NCBI GenBank assembly: GCA_963788965.1
Contig: CAWBIK010000007.1
Location: 4,147-68,146, forward strand
Direction of reading: 5' to 3'
Length of the DNA: 64,000 nt
Source: an uncultured Acidobacteriota bacterium
GTDB taxonomy: Bacteria > Acidobacteriota > Blastocatellia > Pyrinomonadales > Pyrinomonadaceae
Shown here: piece after piece, positions 10,144 through 20,410 of the stretch
How positions within the stretch are numbered: position 1 is the first letter of the stretch
How the letters are laid out: the number at the start of each line of letters is the position of its first letter
Notes under the pieces: model-generated
The model's input: the letters and a program-made list of their open reading frames with translations, nothing else
The model's database searches: none
Told to the model about the DNA's origin: nothing
Translations under genes and position numbers: made by a program

Positions 10144-11286
10144 TCACCTTAATTTCAACGTTGACAGACTCAACAACGCGAACAAGATCGCAAGGATCAA
10201 AAATCGGAAGACGACTTTAGACTCCTTCCAGCCCTGCATCTCGAAGTGATGATGCAGGGGCGTCATCTTAAAGAGTCGTCGCCCCGTGCCCGTGTGCCGC
10301 TTCGTCAGTTTGAAGAATGAGACTTGCAGCATCACCGAGATCGCTTCTAACACGAACACGCCGCCAACGAAGACTAAGATCAACTCCTGTTTCGTCAGCA
10401 CACCAATCGTGCCGATGGCCCCGCCGATGGCGAGGCTGCCCACGTCGCCCATGAACACGTCGGCGGGCGGCGCGTTGTACCACAAGAAGCCGAGGCTCGC
10501 GCCGACCATCGCGCCGCAGAAGACAGTCAACTCGCCCACGTCCTTCTGAAACGTGATGAGCAGCAGCCGCGCCCAACGCTCGTCGCCGCTCACATAGGTG
10601 AAGGCGGTCAACGTCGTCATCGCTACGAAGGTGACGCTGATCGCCAGTCCGTCTAAGCCGTCCGTCAGGTTCACGGAGTTCGACACGCCGATCAGCACGA
10701 CGAGGATGAACGGCAGATACAGCCACGGCCCGATGAACGTCTTGCCGGTTGTCGCCGTCAACTTGAAGAACGGGATGCTCAAGTTCCACGAGTAGTCCGT
10801 GAAGAAATAGAGCGTCGCCCAGATGCCGAGCGCGATAGCAAACTGCGCCGCGAGTTTCTGCTTGCCCGTTAGCCCCAAGCTCTGTCGCTTGGCGACCTTC
10901 GCGTAGTCGTCTAAGAATCCGACGACGGCAAAGAGCGTCGTCGCGGCCATCGTGATCCAGACATAGACGCTTGAGAGTCTGGCCCACAAGAGCGTCGAGA
11001 TCAGCACCGAGCCGATGATGAGTATGCCGCCCATCGTCGGCGTGCCGCGCTTAACCATGTGCGCCTGCGGCCCTTCTTCACGAATCTGCTGCCCGACGTT
11101 CAACTCGCGCAACGCGCGGATCACACGCCCGCCGAAGAACAGCGAGATCAGCAGCGCCGTGATCGTCGCGTAGGCCGTGCGAAACGTGACGTACTGAAAG
11201 ACGTTGAGTGCCTTAACGAAGACGGACTCCGTCTGTTGCACCGACAGGCTTTTGTAAAGCCACTCGTAAAAGATGTAATAGAGCAT
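10144..11286 (-). CDS. mraY: Phospho-N-acetylmuramoyl-pentapeptide transferase
   Basis: 380-aa polytopic ORF with MraY motifs ([35 protein letters not shown]). Confidence 0.95.
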   Translation of the reverse strand: MLYYIFYEWLYKSLSVQQTESVFVKALNVFQYVTFRTAYATITALLISLFFGGRVIRALRELNVGQQIREEGPQAHMVKRGTPTMGGILIIGSVLISTLLWARLSSVYVWITMAATTLFAVVGFLDDYAKVAKRQSLGLTGKQKLAAQFAIALGIWATLYFFTDYSWNLSIPFFKLTATTGKTFIGPWLYLPFILVVLIGVSNSVNLTDGLDGLAISVTFVAMTTLTAFTYVSGDERWARLLLITFQKDVGELTVFCGAMVGASLGFLWYNAPPADVFMGDVGSLAIGGAIGTIGVLTKQELILVFVGGVFVLEAISVMLQVSFFKLTKRHTGTGRRLFKMTPLHHHFEMQGWKESKVVFRFLILAILFALLSLSTLKLR

Positions 11287-11318
11287 CCTGCTCCGCTCTA
11301 AACTTTACTCGCCGAGCC

Positions 11319-12824
11319 TCACGTCGCCGGCTCGTCGTCGCCCACCACGGGAAAACGTTCGCGCAAAGCCGTCACGATCTGGTCCGTCCGCACACCTCTT
11401 GAGCCTTTAACCAAGACGAGATCGCCCGGTCGCACTTCAGCCACTAACGCAACGGCCGCCGCTTCGGTCGTCGCAAAGAACCGCGCCGCACTCAAGCCCG
11501 CAGCCTGCGCGCCCGCCACCAATTCGGCCGCCAACCCGCGCACACCCCACAACACGTCTACCCCCAAGCCCGCGATCTCGCGCCCCGCCGCGCGATGCAA
11601 CTCCGCCCCGTCAGCACCCAACTCAAGCATCTCGCCCGCGACGACCACGGTACGATGCCCGCGCGCGCCTTCATCGTCTGCGCCGCCTGCGCGTCCTTCA
11701 ACCAATGCCCGCGTCATGCTCAACAACGACGCCGGGTTCGAGTTGTACGAGTCGTCGATCACGCTGAACTCCTGCGCGAAGTCGATCACCTCGCCGCGCA
11801 TCTCCGTCGCCCGCGCCGTGGCGAGCGCCTGCGCGATCTCTTCGGGCGCGATGCGGAAGCACGTTGCGACCGCCGCCGCCGCCAACGCGTTCGACAGATT
11901 GTGCCGGCCCGGCAGAGGCAACTCCGCAATCGCTTCGCCGAGCGGCGTACACAGGCGAAAGCGCGTGAGGCCGAAGCGCGTTGATTCAATATCCGCCGCC
12001 ATCACGTCCGCCATCTGCTCGACGCCGAACGTGAGCGTGCGCCCCGCGTGTTTGTCGCGCATCGCCGCGACACGTTCGTCGTCCGCGTTCAAGATGGCGA
12101 CGCCGCCGGGCTTCAAGTTTTCAATGAGCTGTGCTTTGCCTGCCGCGATCTGCTCGATGGAATCGAAGAACTCAAGATGCGCGGGCGCGACGATCAACTC
12201 GACGCCGATATGCGGCGGCGCGACGCGCGCCAACTGCGCGATCTCGCCAAACATCGACTGCCCGTATTCCAACACCGCCACGTCGAACTCTTCAGGACGC
12301 GCGCCCGCCGATACCATTTGCAGCACCGAGAGCGGCAGCCCCAACTCGTTGTTGAAATTCTTCTGCGTCTTCAACACACGCCGGCCTGATTCGGCCAGCA
12401 CATGCGCCGTCAGGTCCTTCGCCGTCGTCTTACCGGCGCTGCCCGTGATGCCGACCACCTGCCCGCCCCAATGTTCAAGCACGCCGCGCGCGAGCGCCTG
12501 CAATGCTTCGATCACGTCGTCAACGAGCAACAAGCGATCAGCAAAGGATGCCAACTCAGCATCACCTGCAACGCGTTCACGCCGCGCGACCGCCGCCGTT
12601 GCCCCGCGCGCGAACGCTTGCGCGAGATAACGATGCGCGTCGTCGAACTGCGTGGCGGTGAAGTAGTGCCGCTTGTAGTCTTCGGGCGCGAGCGCGAAGA
12701 ACAGTTCGCCCTCGGCGACCGTGCGCGAGTCGATAGCGAAGCCCGTCAACTCTTTGTCAAAGAACTCGACGGCCAGCGCGCCCGTCTCTGCACCAATCAG
12801 TTGCGCCGCCGTGCTAATCCTCAC
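11319..12824 (-). CDS. murF: UDP-MurNAc-tripeptide--D-alanyl-D-alanine ligase
   Basis: 501-aa ORF. GITGSAGKTTAKD P-loop followed by NFNNELGLPLS, which is characteristic of MurF rather than MurE. Confidence 0.9.
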   Translation of the reverse strand: MRISTAAQLIGAETGALAVEFFDKELTGFAIDSRTVAEGELFFALAPEDYKRHYFTATQFDDAHRYLAQAFARGATAAVARRERVAGDAELASFADRLLLVDDVIEALQALARGVLEHWGGQVVGITGSAGKTTAKDLTAHVLAESGRRVLKTQKNFNNELGLPLSVLQMVSAGARPEEFDVAVLEYGQSMFGEIAQLARVAPPHIGVELIVAPAHLEFFDSIEQIAAGKAQLIENLKPGGVAILNADDERVAAMRDKHAGRTLTFGVEQMADVMAADIESTRFGLTRFRLCTPLGEAIAELPLPGRHNLSNALAAAAVATCFRIAPEEIAQALATARATEMRGEVIDFAQEFSVIDDSYNSNPASLLSMTRALVEGRAGGADDEGARGHRTVVVAGEMLELGADGAELHRAAGREIAGLGVDVLWGVRGLAAELVAGAQAAGLSAARFFATTEAAAVALVAEVRPGDLVLVKGSRGVRTDQIVTALRERFPVVGDDEPAT

Positions 12825-13170
12825 GCTGTTGCTTCAGCCTCCGCGCGGAAGTTTGGTTGACGAGCAAACGTGCCCGCTGCAATCAACGACGCACGTCGCG
12901 CCGCGCGGGCTGTCTCGGCGCTTGCGCGGGCGCTTCGTCCGCCTCGTCGTCGGCCGTCGGCGCGTCGTTCGCCCTGCTCGCGTCCGCATCGCGCTCTGCT
13001 CCTTTGTGTCCTGTGCGTGTCCGGCGCAGACGCTCACGGCAATCTGCGATCCGGCGTTTCAACTCGTACTGCGGATGACCTTGCGGGGGCAGCGTCATGT
13101 GCCTCTCCATCTGTGTCCGTTGCTTTTCCCTCCGCGCGCCCGGACGCAACTGACAACTGCACGCGCGCTC

Positions 13171-15268
13171 TTAATCGCTACGACCGAAATCGATGCGTAC
13201 CACCTGCCCTGATTCGATTCTCGCGCCCGGCTGCGGGCTTTGCTGCCGCGCCCACCCTTCGCCGCGCGTCTCCAAGTCCAACCCCAACTGCGCACAGATG
13301 CGCGCCGCATCGCGCACACTCCGCCCGCGTAAATCAGGCATCAACAACGCGCGCTCGCCCGCGTGTGCGTACACAACTTCGCCGCCGTGTTGCGCCGCGA
13401 CTTCAGGCAACATGGCCTGTTGATCTCTGTCGGCCGCTTGTTCATTTTCATTAGCGGCCATGTGATGCAACTCCGGCGCGACCGAGGCCAACTGCTGACG
13501 CGGCGCGCTCTCTTCGACTTCCGCATCCGGCTCGACATTCAGATAAGGCAACACGTTCGTTGCGATCTCGTTGAAGACCGGCGCGGCCACTTCGCCGCCG
13601 TAGTACGCGCCGACAGGTTCGTCGATCACAACCGCGATCACGACCGCCTGCCGTTCGACCGGCGCGAAGCCCACGAACGACGCGACGAACTTCGAGTGCG
13701 AATAAGCGCGCGTTCGCTCGTCGACCTTCTGCGCCGTGCCCGTCTTGCCCGCGGCCGTGTAGCCTTCGAGTTGCGCGCGCCGCGCCGTGCCGCTCACAGT
13801 CACCTTCTCAAGCATCGGCTTCAACATGCGCGCCGTCTCCGCGCTGACAACCATGTGCGCTTCCGCTTGCGCGCGCTCAACTACGCTGCCGTCCGCTTCC
13901 TGCACCTCTTTGATCAAGTGCGGTTGAATGCGCAAGCCGTCGTTCGCAATCGCGCCGAAGGCCGCCGCCATCTGCACCGCTGTCACGCCGATCTCTTGCC
14001 CGATGGCGATTGAGCCAATCGAAGACGGCTCCCAATCCTGCACGCGCCGCAACAGCCCGCGCGTCTCGCTCGGCAACTCGACGCCGGTTTTCGCGCCGAA
14101 GCCAAAGCGGCGGATGTAGTCGTACATGCGCTCGTTGCGAACTTTCAAACCCAACTTGATCGCGGCCACGTTGCTCGACTTCGCCAGCGCATCCGTGATC
14201 GTCAACGTGCCGTGCGGGTGTGCGTCATGCACGACGCGACCGAACAGCGTGATCGATCCCATCTGACAATCAATCAGATCATCCGGCTTAACCAGCTTCT
14301 CTTCGAGCGCCGCCGCGAAAGCCACGATCTTAAAGGTCGAACCCGGCTCATAAATATTTTCGAGCGCCGGGTTGCGCTTTACGTCGCGCGGCTGCGGCTC
14401 GTTGGCTTTGGGCTGCACGCTGATTTTGCGCGCGTCGTTCGGATCGAAGTTGGGCGCGTTAGCGAGCGCGAGGATTTCGCCCGTGTGCGGATCAAGCACG
14501 ATGGCCGTGCCCGACTTGGCGTGCGCCTGCGCGACCGCCGCCGCCAACGCACGCTCCGCTTGATACTGCACGTTCTGATCAATCGTCAGCACAACGCGAG
14601 CGGCCTGAGCGTGCTGCCTGCTCACGGCTGTCGTAGGCACGTCGCAATCCGTCGCCGTCTAAACTAACTTCGCCGCCGTCACCTTTGAGCAACGCATCGC
14701 GCATGCGCTCGACGCCCGCTAAGCCCTTCTCGTCCGTGTTGACGAAGCCGAGCACGTGCGCCGCGAGCGCGCCGTTCGGGTAGTAACGCTTCGTCTCCTT
14801 GCGCGCATACACGCCCGCGACGTTGAGCGCATGCACCGCCGCCGCCTGTTCCGCATCGAGTTGGCGCGCAAGCCACATGAACTTGCTGCGCTTCACGTCG
14901 CGCGCATGGCGCAAACGCTTCTCCAACTCGGCCGCGTTCTGATCAAGCACCGGCGCGAGTTTGACCGCCGCTTCGTGCGTGTCCTTCAACTCCGACGGCA
15001 CGACGAAGAACGAATCCACTTCGAGACTGCGCGCGAGTTCGCGGCCCGAGCGGTCGAGGATCAAACGACGCGGGGCGTTAGTCTCAACCGTGTGCTGCTG
15101 CTGCCGGCGCGCGCGCGTGCTCAACAGTTCGTGCTGGCTGACCTGCAAATAGACCAGCCGCGCACCGATGACCAACAGCCAGAAGGCCAAAATGATGACG
15201 ACGATGGACGTGCGGGGCCGAGAGGGGTCGGGGTGGACTCGGACTGGCGCGGTCAGGCGTTCAGGCAT
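13171..15268 (-). CDS. ftsI: Penicillin-binding protein FtsI (PBP3-type transpeptidase); reading frame broken once as sequenced
   Basis: Two overlapping ORFs. 14579..15268 carries the N-terminal TM and dimerisation domain. 13171..14640 carries the transpeptidase with STFK, SSN and KTGTA motifs. The frame switch lies at about 14615-14640. Confidence 0.85.
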
Positions 15269-15423
15269 AGGCGGAAACCACTTGACGACAAACTCGTGCG
15301 CTTACGCAACACACTGCCGACGACGTGCGCGCTTAACCGAAGCGCGCCAAACAACTCGCGTGCGCGGGCGACGTTGGGCGCATCTGCGCCGCGCAACTTG
15401 GCCGCCCGCCTAGACATTAAACG

Positions 15424-15825
15424 TCAGCGCCGCCCCGCGCCAACTGTGGCTGTCCCCAGCAACGCAGTGGCAGACTGCACAGTCTGCGGCTCGGCCGCGC
15501 GCGGCGCGTTGCCCATCTGCGCCGCCCGCGTGGGCTGCATGCCTAGTTCGCGCGCGGCGTGTTCGAGCGTCGCGGGCGAGTTCGCTTGAGCCAAGGCCAA
15601 TTTCAACTGTTGCTGCTCGGCCAAAAGTTGCGCGCGCTCACGGCGCAACGCCTCGCTCTTGTAACCGTAGTCGATGGCCCGGAAGTGCTGCCCGACGGCG
15701 ACGACGAAGCCGCCCGCGAGCAGCAGTCCACCCGCGAGCAGGACGAGCAAGCGGCGGAATGCACGCTCGTCGCGCTCGCGGAGCACGTTGGCATTACGTT
15801 GTTGCTGGGGCAGTCTCTTCATCAC
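15424..15825 (-). CDS. ftsL: FtsL-like cell division protein (TM plus coiled coil)
   Basis: 133-aa ORF with one TM helix and the coiled segment EALRRERAQLLAEQQQLKLALAQ. Canonical position between rsmH and ftsI. Confidence 0.6.
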   Translation of the reverse strand: MMKRLPQQQRNANVLRERDERAFRRLLVLLAGGLLLAGGFVVAVGQHFRAIDYGYKSEALRRERAQLLAEQQQLKLALAQANSPATLEHAARELGMQPTRAAQMGNAPRAAEPQTVQSATALLGTATVGAGRR

Positions 15826-15829
15826 ACTC

Positions 15830-16804
15830 TTACTCGTTCAGATCAAGCTTGCGAGCGGCGCGCAGTTTGGCGCTGCGCGCGCGCGGGTTCGCTTCAATTT
15901 CACTCTCAACCGCTACGACGGGCCGGCGCGTCAGAATTTCGACGACGCGACGTGCGCCACAGGTGCAGCGCGGCGCACGCGGATCGCACGCGCACTGTCC
16001 GTGCAGACGGCGCAACGTGTGCTTCACGATCCGATCTTCCAACGAGTGGAAGCTGATCACGCACAGGCGGCCTTGCGGTTGTAAAAGATCGACGGCCGTT
16101 TCAAGAAATGCATCCAGACCCTCTAACTCTTCATTGACGGCGATGCGCAGGGCCTGAAATGTGCGCGTCGCCGGGTGAATCCGATCCGTGCGTTTGTATC
16201 CGACGGCACGCGCCACCAGTTCGGCCAACTCGTTGGTGGTCGTAACGGGCCGGCCCGCTTCACGGCGCTCGACGAGCCAGCGCGCGATGCGCCGCGAGCG
16301 TCGCTCCTCGCCGTATTCAAAGATGATGCGCGCGATCTCTTCTTCAGGCAGGCGCGCGAGCAAGTCGGCGGCCGTCTCTTCGTCGCCGCGCGCGTCCATC
16401 CGCATGTCAAGCGGCGCGTCGTGCCGAAAACTGAAGCCGCGCGTCGCCGTGTCGAACTGCAAAGACGAGACGCCCAGATCGGCCAGCACGCCGCTCACTG
16501 TCTGCTCGCCCGTCTCCGCGACGACGCGCGCAAGGTCGCGGAAGTTTGCATGCGCGAACTGCGCGCGTGCGCCGAAACGCGCCAGCCGGCGGCGGGCGTG
16601 TTCGAGCGCCTCTCGGTCGCGGTCGATGCCAAGCACGCGCGTCTCAGGCGCAGCCTCAAGGATCGCTTCGCTGTGCCCGCCAAGCCCCAACGTCGCATCC
16701 ACGAACAGCCCGCCGCGTTCCGGCGCTAAGTACTGCACCGTCTCATGCAGTAACACGGGGCGATGGGGCGCGTCCGGCCCCCCACCGGGCGCAGTCATCA
16801 CCAC
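15830..16804 (-). CDS. rsmH: 16S rRNA (cytosine1402-N4)-methyltransferase
   Basis: 324-aa [13 protein letters not shown]...[11 protein letters not shown]...[10 protein letters not shown]...[11 protein letters not shown] are hallmark RsmH/MraW motifs. Confidence 0.95.
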   Translation of the reverse strand: MVMTAPGGGPDAPHRPVLLHETVQYLAPERGGLFVDATLGLGGHSEAILEAAPETRVLGIDRDREALEHARRRLARFGARAQFAHANFRDLARVVAETGEQTVSGVLADLGVSSLQFDTATRGFSFRHDAPLDMRMDARGDEETAADLLARLPEEEIARIIFEYGEERRSRRIARWLVERREAGRPVTTTNELAELVARAVGYKRTDRIHPATRTFQALRIAVNEELEGLDAFLETAVDLLQPQGRLCVISFHSLEDRIVKHTLRRLHGQCACDPRAPRCTCGARRVVEILTRRPVVAVESEIEANPRARSAKLRAARKLDLNE

Positions 16805-16900
16805 CGCCCCGTGATGTCAAAGAACTGTAACGCGTGCCGTGTGACGAGTGACGAGTTTGGCTTTAATATATAGCCGCGCATTGACCGCCCCTCGCTTTTG

Positions 16901-17341
16901 TTAAATGCCGAGCCGCGCGATGGCGGCTTCGTCTTCTGCTGTGTAGGGGTCTGAGAGCAGGCGTTGTTGGAAGCGTTCCAACTCCCAGACCTCAAGGTAA
17001 GTCAGATAACCAAGCACGGCCACATCGCCCATGACAGCGGCGCTCTTACGCAGGAGCGGGTGGACGAGTATGCGCCCCTGATTGTCCATCGCCGTCTGCT
17101 GCCCGTAGTAGTTAGTCCGGTCGAGGAACTTGCGGCGCGCCGGGTCCATCGACGGCAGCAGCGCCAAACGCTGCTCTATATTCTCCCATTCGTTGAGCGG
17201 GTAAATCCGCACGTTCTCGCCGGTCAGACTGGTCACGTAAACTTCCGGGCCGTGGCTGTCCTGAATAAAGCGGCGGAAGACGGTTGGTACTTTAAGTCGC
17301 CCCTTCGCATCAATGCGCGCCGTGTAATTCCCTCTTAACAT
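16901..17341 (-). CDS. mraZ: Transcriptional regulator MraZ
   Basis: 146-aa ORF. MLRGNYTARIDAKGRLKVPTVFR is the duplicated SpoVT-AbrB/MraZ fold signature. First gene of the dcw cluster. Confidence 0.95.
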   Translation of the reverse strand: MLRGNYTARIDAKGRLKVPTVFRRFIQDSHGPEVYVTSLTGENVRIYPLNEWENIEQRLALLPSMDPARRKFLDRTNYYGQQTAMDNQGRILVHPLLRKSAAVMGDVAVLGYLTYLEVWELERFQQRLLSDPYTAEDEAAIARLGI

Positions 17342-17426
17342 AGGGCTTCGGTGGCCGGCTGGGGAGCGGGGAATGCTTAAAACTTAAAGTAGAACTTAAA
17401 CGGTTTGCGCCAAGTGCTCTGAAGAG

Positions 17427-17451
17427 TCCACTTCGAGCCACTTTTTCCCAC
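17427..17451 (-). promoter_or_regulatory. Putative MraZ operator: three GTGGN boxes at 10-bp spacing
   Basis: Minus strand reads GTGGG-aaaaa-GTGGC-tcgaa-GTGGA (plus-strand cccac 17447-17451, gccac 17437-17441, tccac 17427-17431). Lies directly downstream of the putative -10 and upstream of mraZ. Confidence 0.5.
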
Positions 17452-17460
17452 CCGCCGCGA

Positions 17461-17490
17461 ATAGTACGCCCCTGCGCGGAGGGCTGTCAA
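17461..17490 (-). promoter_or_regulatory. Putative sigma70-type promoter of the dcw cluster (P_mraZ)
   Basis: Minus strand TTGACA (17490-17485), 18-nt spacer, TACTAT (17466-17461). About 120 nt upstream of the mraZ ATG. Confidence 0.45.
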
Positions 17491-17709
17491 GAATAAAAAC
17501 ATTGTCGAACACAGATTTTTAAGCACCATATCGTGCAGAAAACGCCTGCGGAAGCGCATATTTGTGCTTAAACCACCTCGCCCGGCGTCGTTCGGCGCAC
17601 CCGTTAAGCAGTCTGGATGACCTATCACTTTCCGGCCCGTATCCTGTTATAGTGCCCCCGAAGTTGATTCAAATCCACGTGAGCAATGGTCGAGTCTCCC
17701 TGATCCGGC

Positions 17710-18519
17710 ATGAGTAGTTTCGGCGGTCTGCTGTTGTTTGGTGGGCTGGTGGCGCTGGCGAATGTGCTGGGCGGACTGCTGCTGGCACGCCCGAACAAGG
17801 CGACGCAGGACGCGCACCTGCTGCGCTATCTGGTGGCGCTGGGTGCGGGCTTCATGCTGGCGGCGATCTTTATCGAGATCGTGCCGGAGGTCGTCCAACT
17901 CTGGCTTGAACGCTCGGCGGCGGCCGGCAACGGCGCAACGGTGCATGCCCGCGAGCCTGTGCTGGCGGCGATGACCTTGCTGCTTTTGGGCTACCTGCTC
18001 ATACACCTGTTCGAGCATACGCTCGCCCCACACTTCCACTTCGGCGCGGAGACACATACAGAGGCGATGCTGCGCCCGACCGCCGCTTATACGGCCGTCG
18101 GCGGGCTGTCGATCCACTCTTTCTTTGATGGCGTCTCGGTGGCCGCGGCCTTTCTGGTCAACTTCAAAGTGGGCCTGCTGGTCTTCATCGCAATCTTGCT
18201 GCACAAAGTACCTGAGGGGTTTACGGCCGCGTCGATCATGCTGGCGTCGGGCCGGACGGGGCGCAGCGCCCTGTTGGCGACGCTCGTGGTGGGCGCGGCG
18301 ACGCTGGGCGGCGTGCTGACGGTGGCGCTGTTGGAGTCGCGCGTGGCGACGGCCGTTGTGTACGCGCTGCCCTTCTCGGCGGGCGTGACTCTGTACGTGG
18401 CGGCGAGCGATCTGATCCCGGAGGTCAACCACATGGAGCGCAAGAACCCGCTCGTCTCGCTCGTCGTATTTGGGGGCGTGGCTTTCTTCTATGCGTTGCA
18501 CCGGCTGATTGAGGGATGA
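17710..18519 (+). CDS. ZIP-family divalent metal (zinc) transporter
   Basis: 269-aa polytopic ORF. IHSFFDGVSVAAAF and LLHKVPEGFTAAS are typical ZupT/ZIP motifs. Confidence 0.85.
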   Translation: MSSFGGLLLFGGLVALANVLGGLLLARPNKATQDAHLLRYLVALGAGFMLAAIFIEIVPEVVQLWLERSAAAGNGATVHAREPVLAAMTLLLLGYLLIHLFEHTLAPHFHFGAETHTEAMLRPTAAYTAVGGLSIHSFFDGVSVAAAFLVNFKVGLLVFIAILLHKVPEGFTAASIMLASGRTGRSALLATLVVGAATLGGVLTVALLESRVATAVVYALPFSAGVTLYVAASDLIPEVNHMERKNPLVSLVVFGGVAFFYALHRLIEG

Positions 18520-18649
18520 ACAGAGAATACGCGCAAGCAACATACGGGCGCAGGGCGAATGCGCGGGGCATGTGCTTGCGCTTTTACGCACGGGCCGCGC
18601 GTTTTAACTTTTGCCTTTCGCCCTTTGCCTGTATCATGCAACACATTCA

Positions 18650-19495
18650 ATGAATCGACGCGCATTCACTCGAACGCTTCTCGGCGCACTTCTCTGCCTG
18701 TGGTGTGCGCATGTGGCACGCGCGCAAACCGCGCAGTCGCCGTTGCCAGCGCCCACGGGCTTCGTCAACGACTACGCGAACGTGCTCGACGCGGCGACGA
18801 AGGCACGCCTTGAGGCGATCATGATCAATCTCAAGGAGCGAGCCAACATCGAGTTCGCCGTTGTGATCGTGCCGACCACGGGCGGGCAGGACATCTTTGA
18901 TTACACGTTGGCCGTCGCACGCGGTTGGGGCATCGGCACGAAGGATAGCGATCAAGCCGGGCTGTTATTGCTCGTCGCCATCAACGACCGTAAGTACTTC
19001 ACACAGGTCAGCCGTCATCTTGAAGGCGACTTGCCGGACGGACTGACAGGCCAGATTCAACGCGAACGGCTCGTGCCGCCTTTCAAGCAGGGCAACTACG
19101 CGAAGGGTATCGCGGACACGGTCGAGACTTACGTGGCCACGCTCGCAGCGAAGCGCGGCTTCAGCATCGAGGGCATCGATCAAGGTCGCGCTTATCGTCA
19201 ACCGCAACGCACGCGCCGCAGTGGCGGCACGAATCTCCCGACCCCGTGCTGCATCGGGCTGCTCATCTTGGGCATCATCGTCTTCATCCTGTCGAATCGC
19301 GGCGGGCGAGGAGGAGGCGGCTGCATGAATCTGCTGCTATTGAATACGCTCTTTAACGCGGCGAGCGGCAGCGGGCGCAGTTCGGGCGGTTGGGGCGGGG
19401 GCGGCTTTGGCGGTGGCGGCGGTGGTGGCGGTGGCTTTGGCGGCTTCGGCGGCGGTGGTGATTTTGGCGGCGGCGGCTCAGGCGGAAGCTGGTAA
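18650..19495 (+). CDS. TPM-domain protein (YgcG-like) with signal peptide, TM and Gly-rich tail
   Basis: FVNDYANVLDAATKARLE...IEFAVVIVPTTGG...GLLLLVAINDRKY matches the TPM phosphatase-like domain. C-terminal GGGFGGGGGGGGGFGG tract. Confidence 0.8.
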   Translation: MNRRAFTRTLLGALLCLWCAHVARAQTAQSPLPAPTGFVNDYANVLDAATKARLEAIMINLKERANIEFAVVIVPTTGGQDIFDYTLAVARGWGIGTKDSDQAGLLLLVAINDRKYFTQVSRHLEGDLPDGLTGQIQRERLVPPFKQGNYAKGIADTVETYVATLAAKRGFSIEGIDQGRAYRQPQRTRRSGGTNLPTPCCIGLLILGIIVFILSNRGGRGGGGCMNLLLLNTLFNAASGSGRSSGGWGGGGFGGGGGGGGGFGGFGGGGDFGGGGSGGSW

Positions 19496-19497
19496 AC

Positions 19498-19568
19498 GAA
19501 ATGATGTAAGGATGAATGATGAATAAAGATCAACTTGTCTTTCATTCATCATTGCGCATTGATCATTT
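19498..19568. repeat. Heptamer-tiled palindromic element, ATGAATG/CATTCAT family
   Basis: gaaatgatg taagg atgaatg atgaata - aagatcaacttgtcttt - cattcat cattgcg cattgat cattt. Confidence 0.75.
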
Positions 19569-19580
19569 GCTCGGAGGCTT

Positions 19581-20321
19581 ATGGCTAATCAGGTCGCACA
19601 TGAGGCGTTCAATCATCTGATCGGCGATCTGCAAGCGACGCACGGGGAGAACTTGGCGGCCGTGCTGTTGTACGGGTCGGCGGCGGCGGGCGACACGGGC
19701 GCGTCCGCGTCGGATTACAACTTGCTGATCGCGCTCCGGCGCATCACGCCGGAAGACCTGCGGCTGGCGCAAGCGCCGATGCGCGAGTGGCAACGGCTCG
19801 GTCATCCGCTGCCCGTCTATTTCACGCTCGCCGAATTGAGTGAAGCGGCGGACGTGTTCCCTATCGAGTTTCATCAGATGAGCCGCGCGCGTGTGGTGCT
19901 CTACGGCGACGATCCGTTTGCGACGCTTACACTTTCAGACGCGAACCTGCGCCACCAGACCGAGTACGAACTGCGCAGCAAGCTCATTCAACTACGTCGC
20001 CACTACATCCCCGCGTCGGTGTCTATCGACCGACTGTCCGATCTGATGAGCGACAGCCTGACGAGTTTCGCCACGCTATTCGCGCCCGCGCTGATGCTGG
20101 ACGGCGTCGAACCGCCTGTGCTCAAGCATGAGATCGTTCGCACGAGCGTTGCGCGTTTCGGTCTTGACGGCGCACCGTTCGAGCGCATCTTTGCGCTGCG
20201 TGAGACGGGCGCGCGCCCCGCAACCGAGACGGAGGCCAATGAACTGTTCGCCGCGTACATGACGCAGATCGAACGCGTCGTCGATGCGGTGGATCGGATG
20301 AAGGTCGCAGACGCGAAGTGA
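19581..20321 (+). CDS. Nucleotidyltransferase-fold protein (hypothetical)
   Basis: 246-aa ORF. LLYGSAAAGD...SDYNLLI resembles the GS-x(n)-D.D minimal NTase motif. The rest has no feature I recognise. Confidence 0.55.
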   Translation: MANQVAHEAFNHLIGDLQATHGENLAAVLLYGSAAAGDTGASASDYNLLIALRRITPEDLRLAQAPMREWQRLGHPLPVYFTLAELSEAADVFPIEFHQMSRARVVLYGDDPFATLTLSDANLRHQTEYELRSKLIQLRRHYIPASVSIDRLSDLMSDSLTSFATLFAPALMLDGVEPPVLKHEIVRTSVARFGLDGAPFERIFALRETGARPATETEANELFAAYMTQIERVVDAVDRMKVADAK

Positions 20322-20410
20322 GGTGCATCGGCATGTAAGTTTAATGTAAGCGAGCTTTGTCATTCATCCCCTACTGATCGGGTTGACGTGAACTGAAGGA
20401 GAGAGAGTCA

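Noticed and set aside
11716-12630. 304-aa plus-strand ORF. Similar long ORFs on the opposite strand occur throughout the Mur ligase genes (for example 8766..9590 and 13363..14013).
   Set aside because: They lie antisense to well-supported Mur/PBP genes and have Ser/Ala/Arg-rich low-complexity composition.
17655-17705. tRNA-like T-loop strings ttcaaatcc and ggtcgagtc upstream of the ZIP gene.
   Set aside because: The flanks do not form T-stem, acceptor or anticodon arms, so no cloverleaf can be drawn.
17647-18591. 314-aa minus-strand ORF rich in Arg/His/Gln.
   Set aside because: It is fully antisense to the ZIP transporter gene, which has clear family motifs. Its composition is typical of a GC-rich shadow frame.
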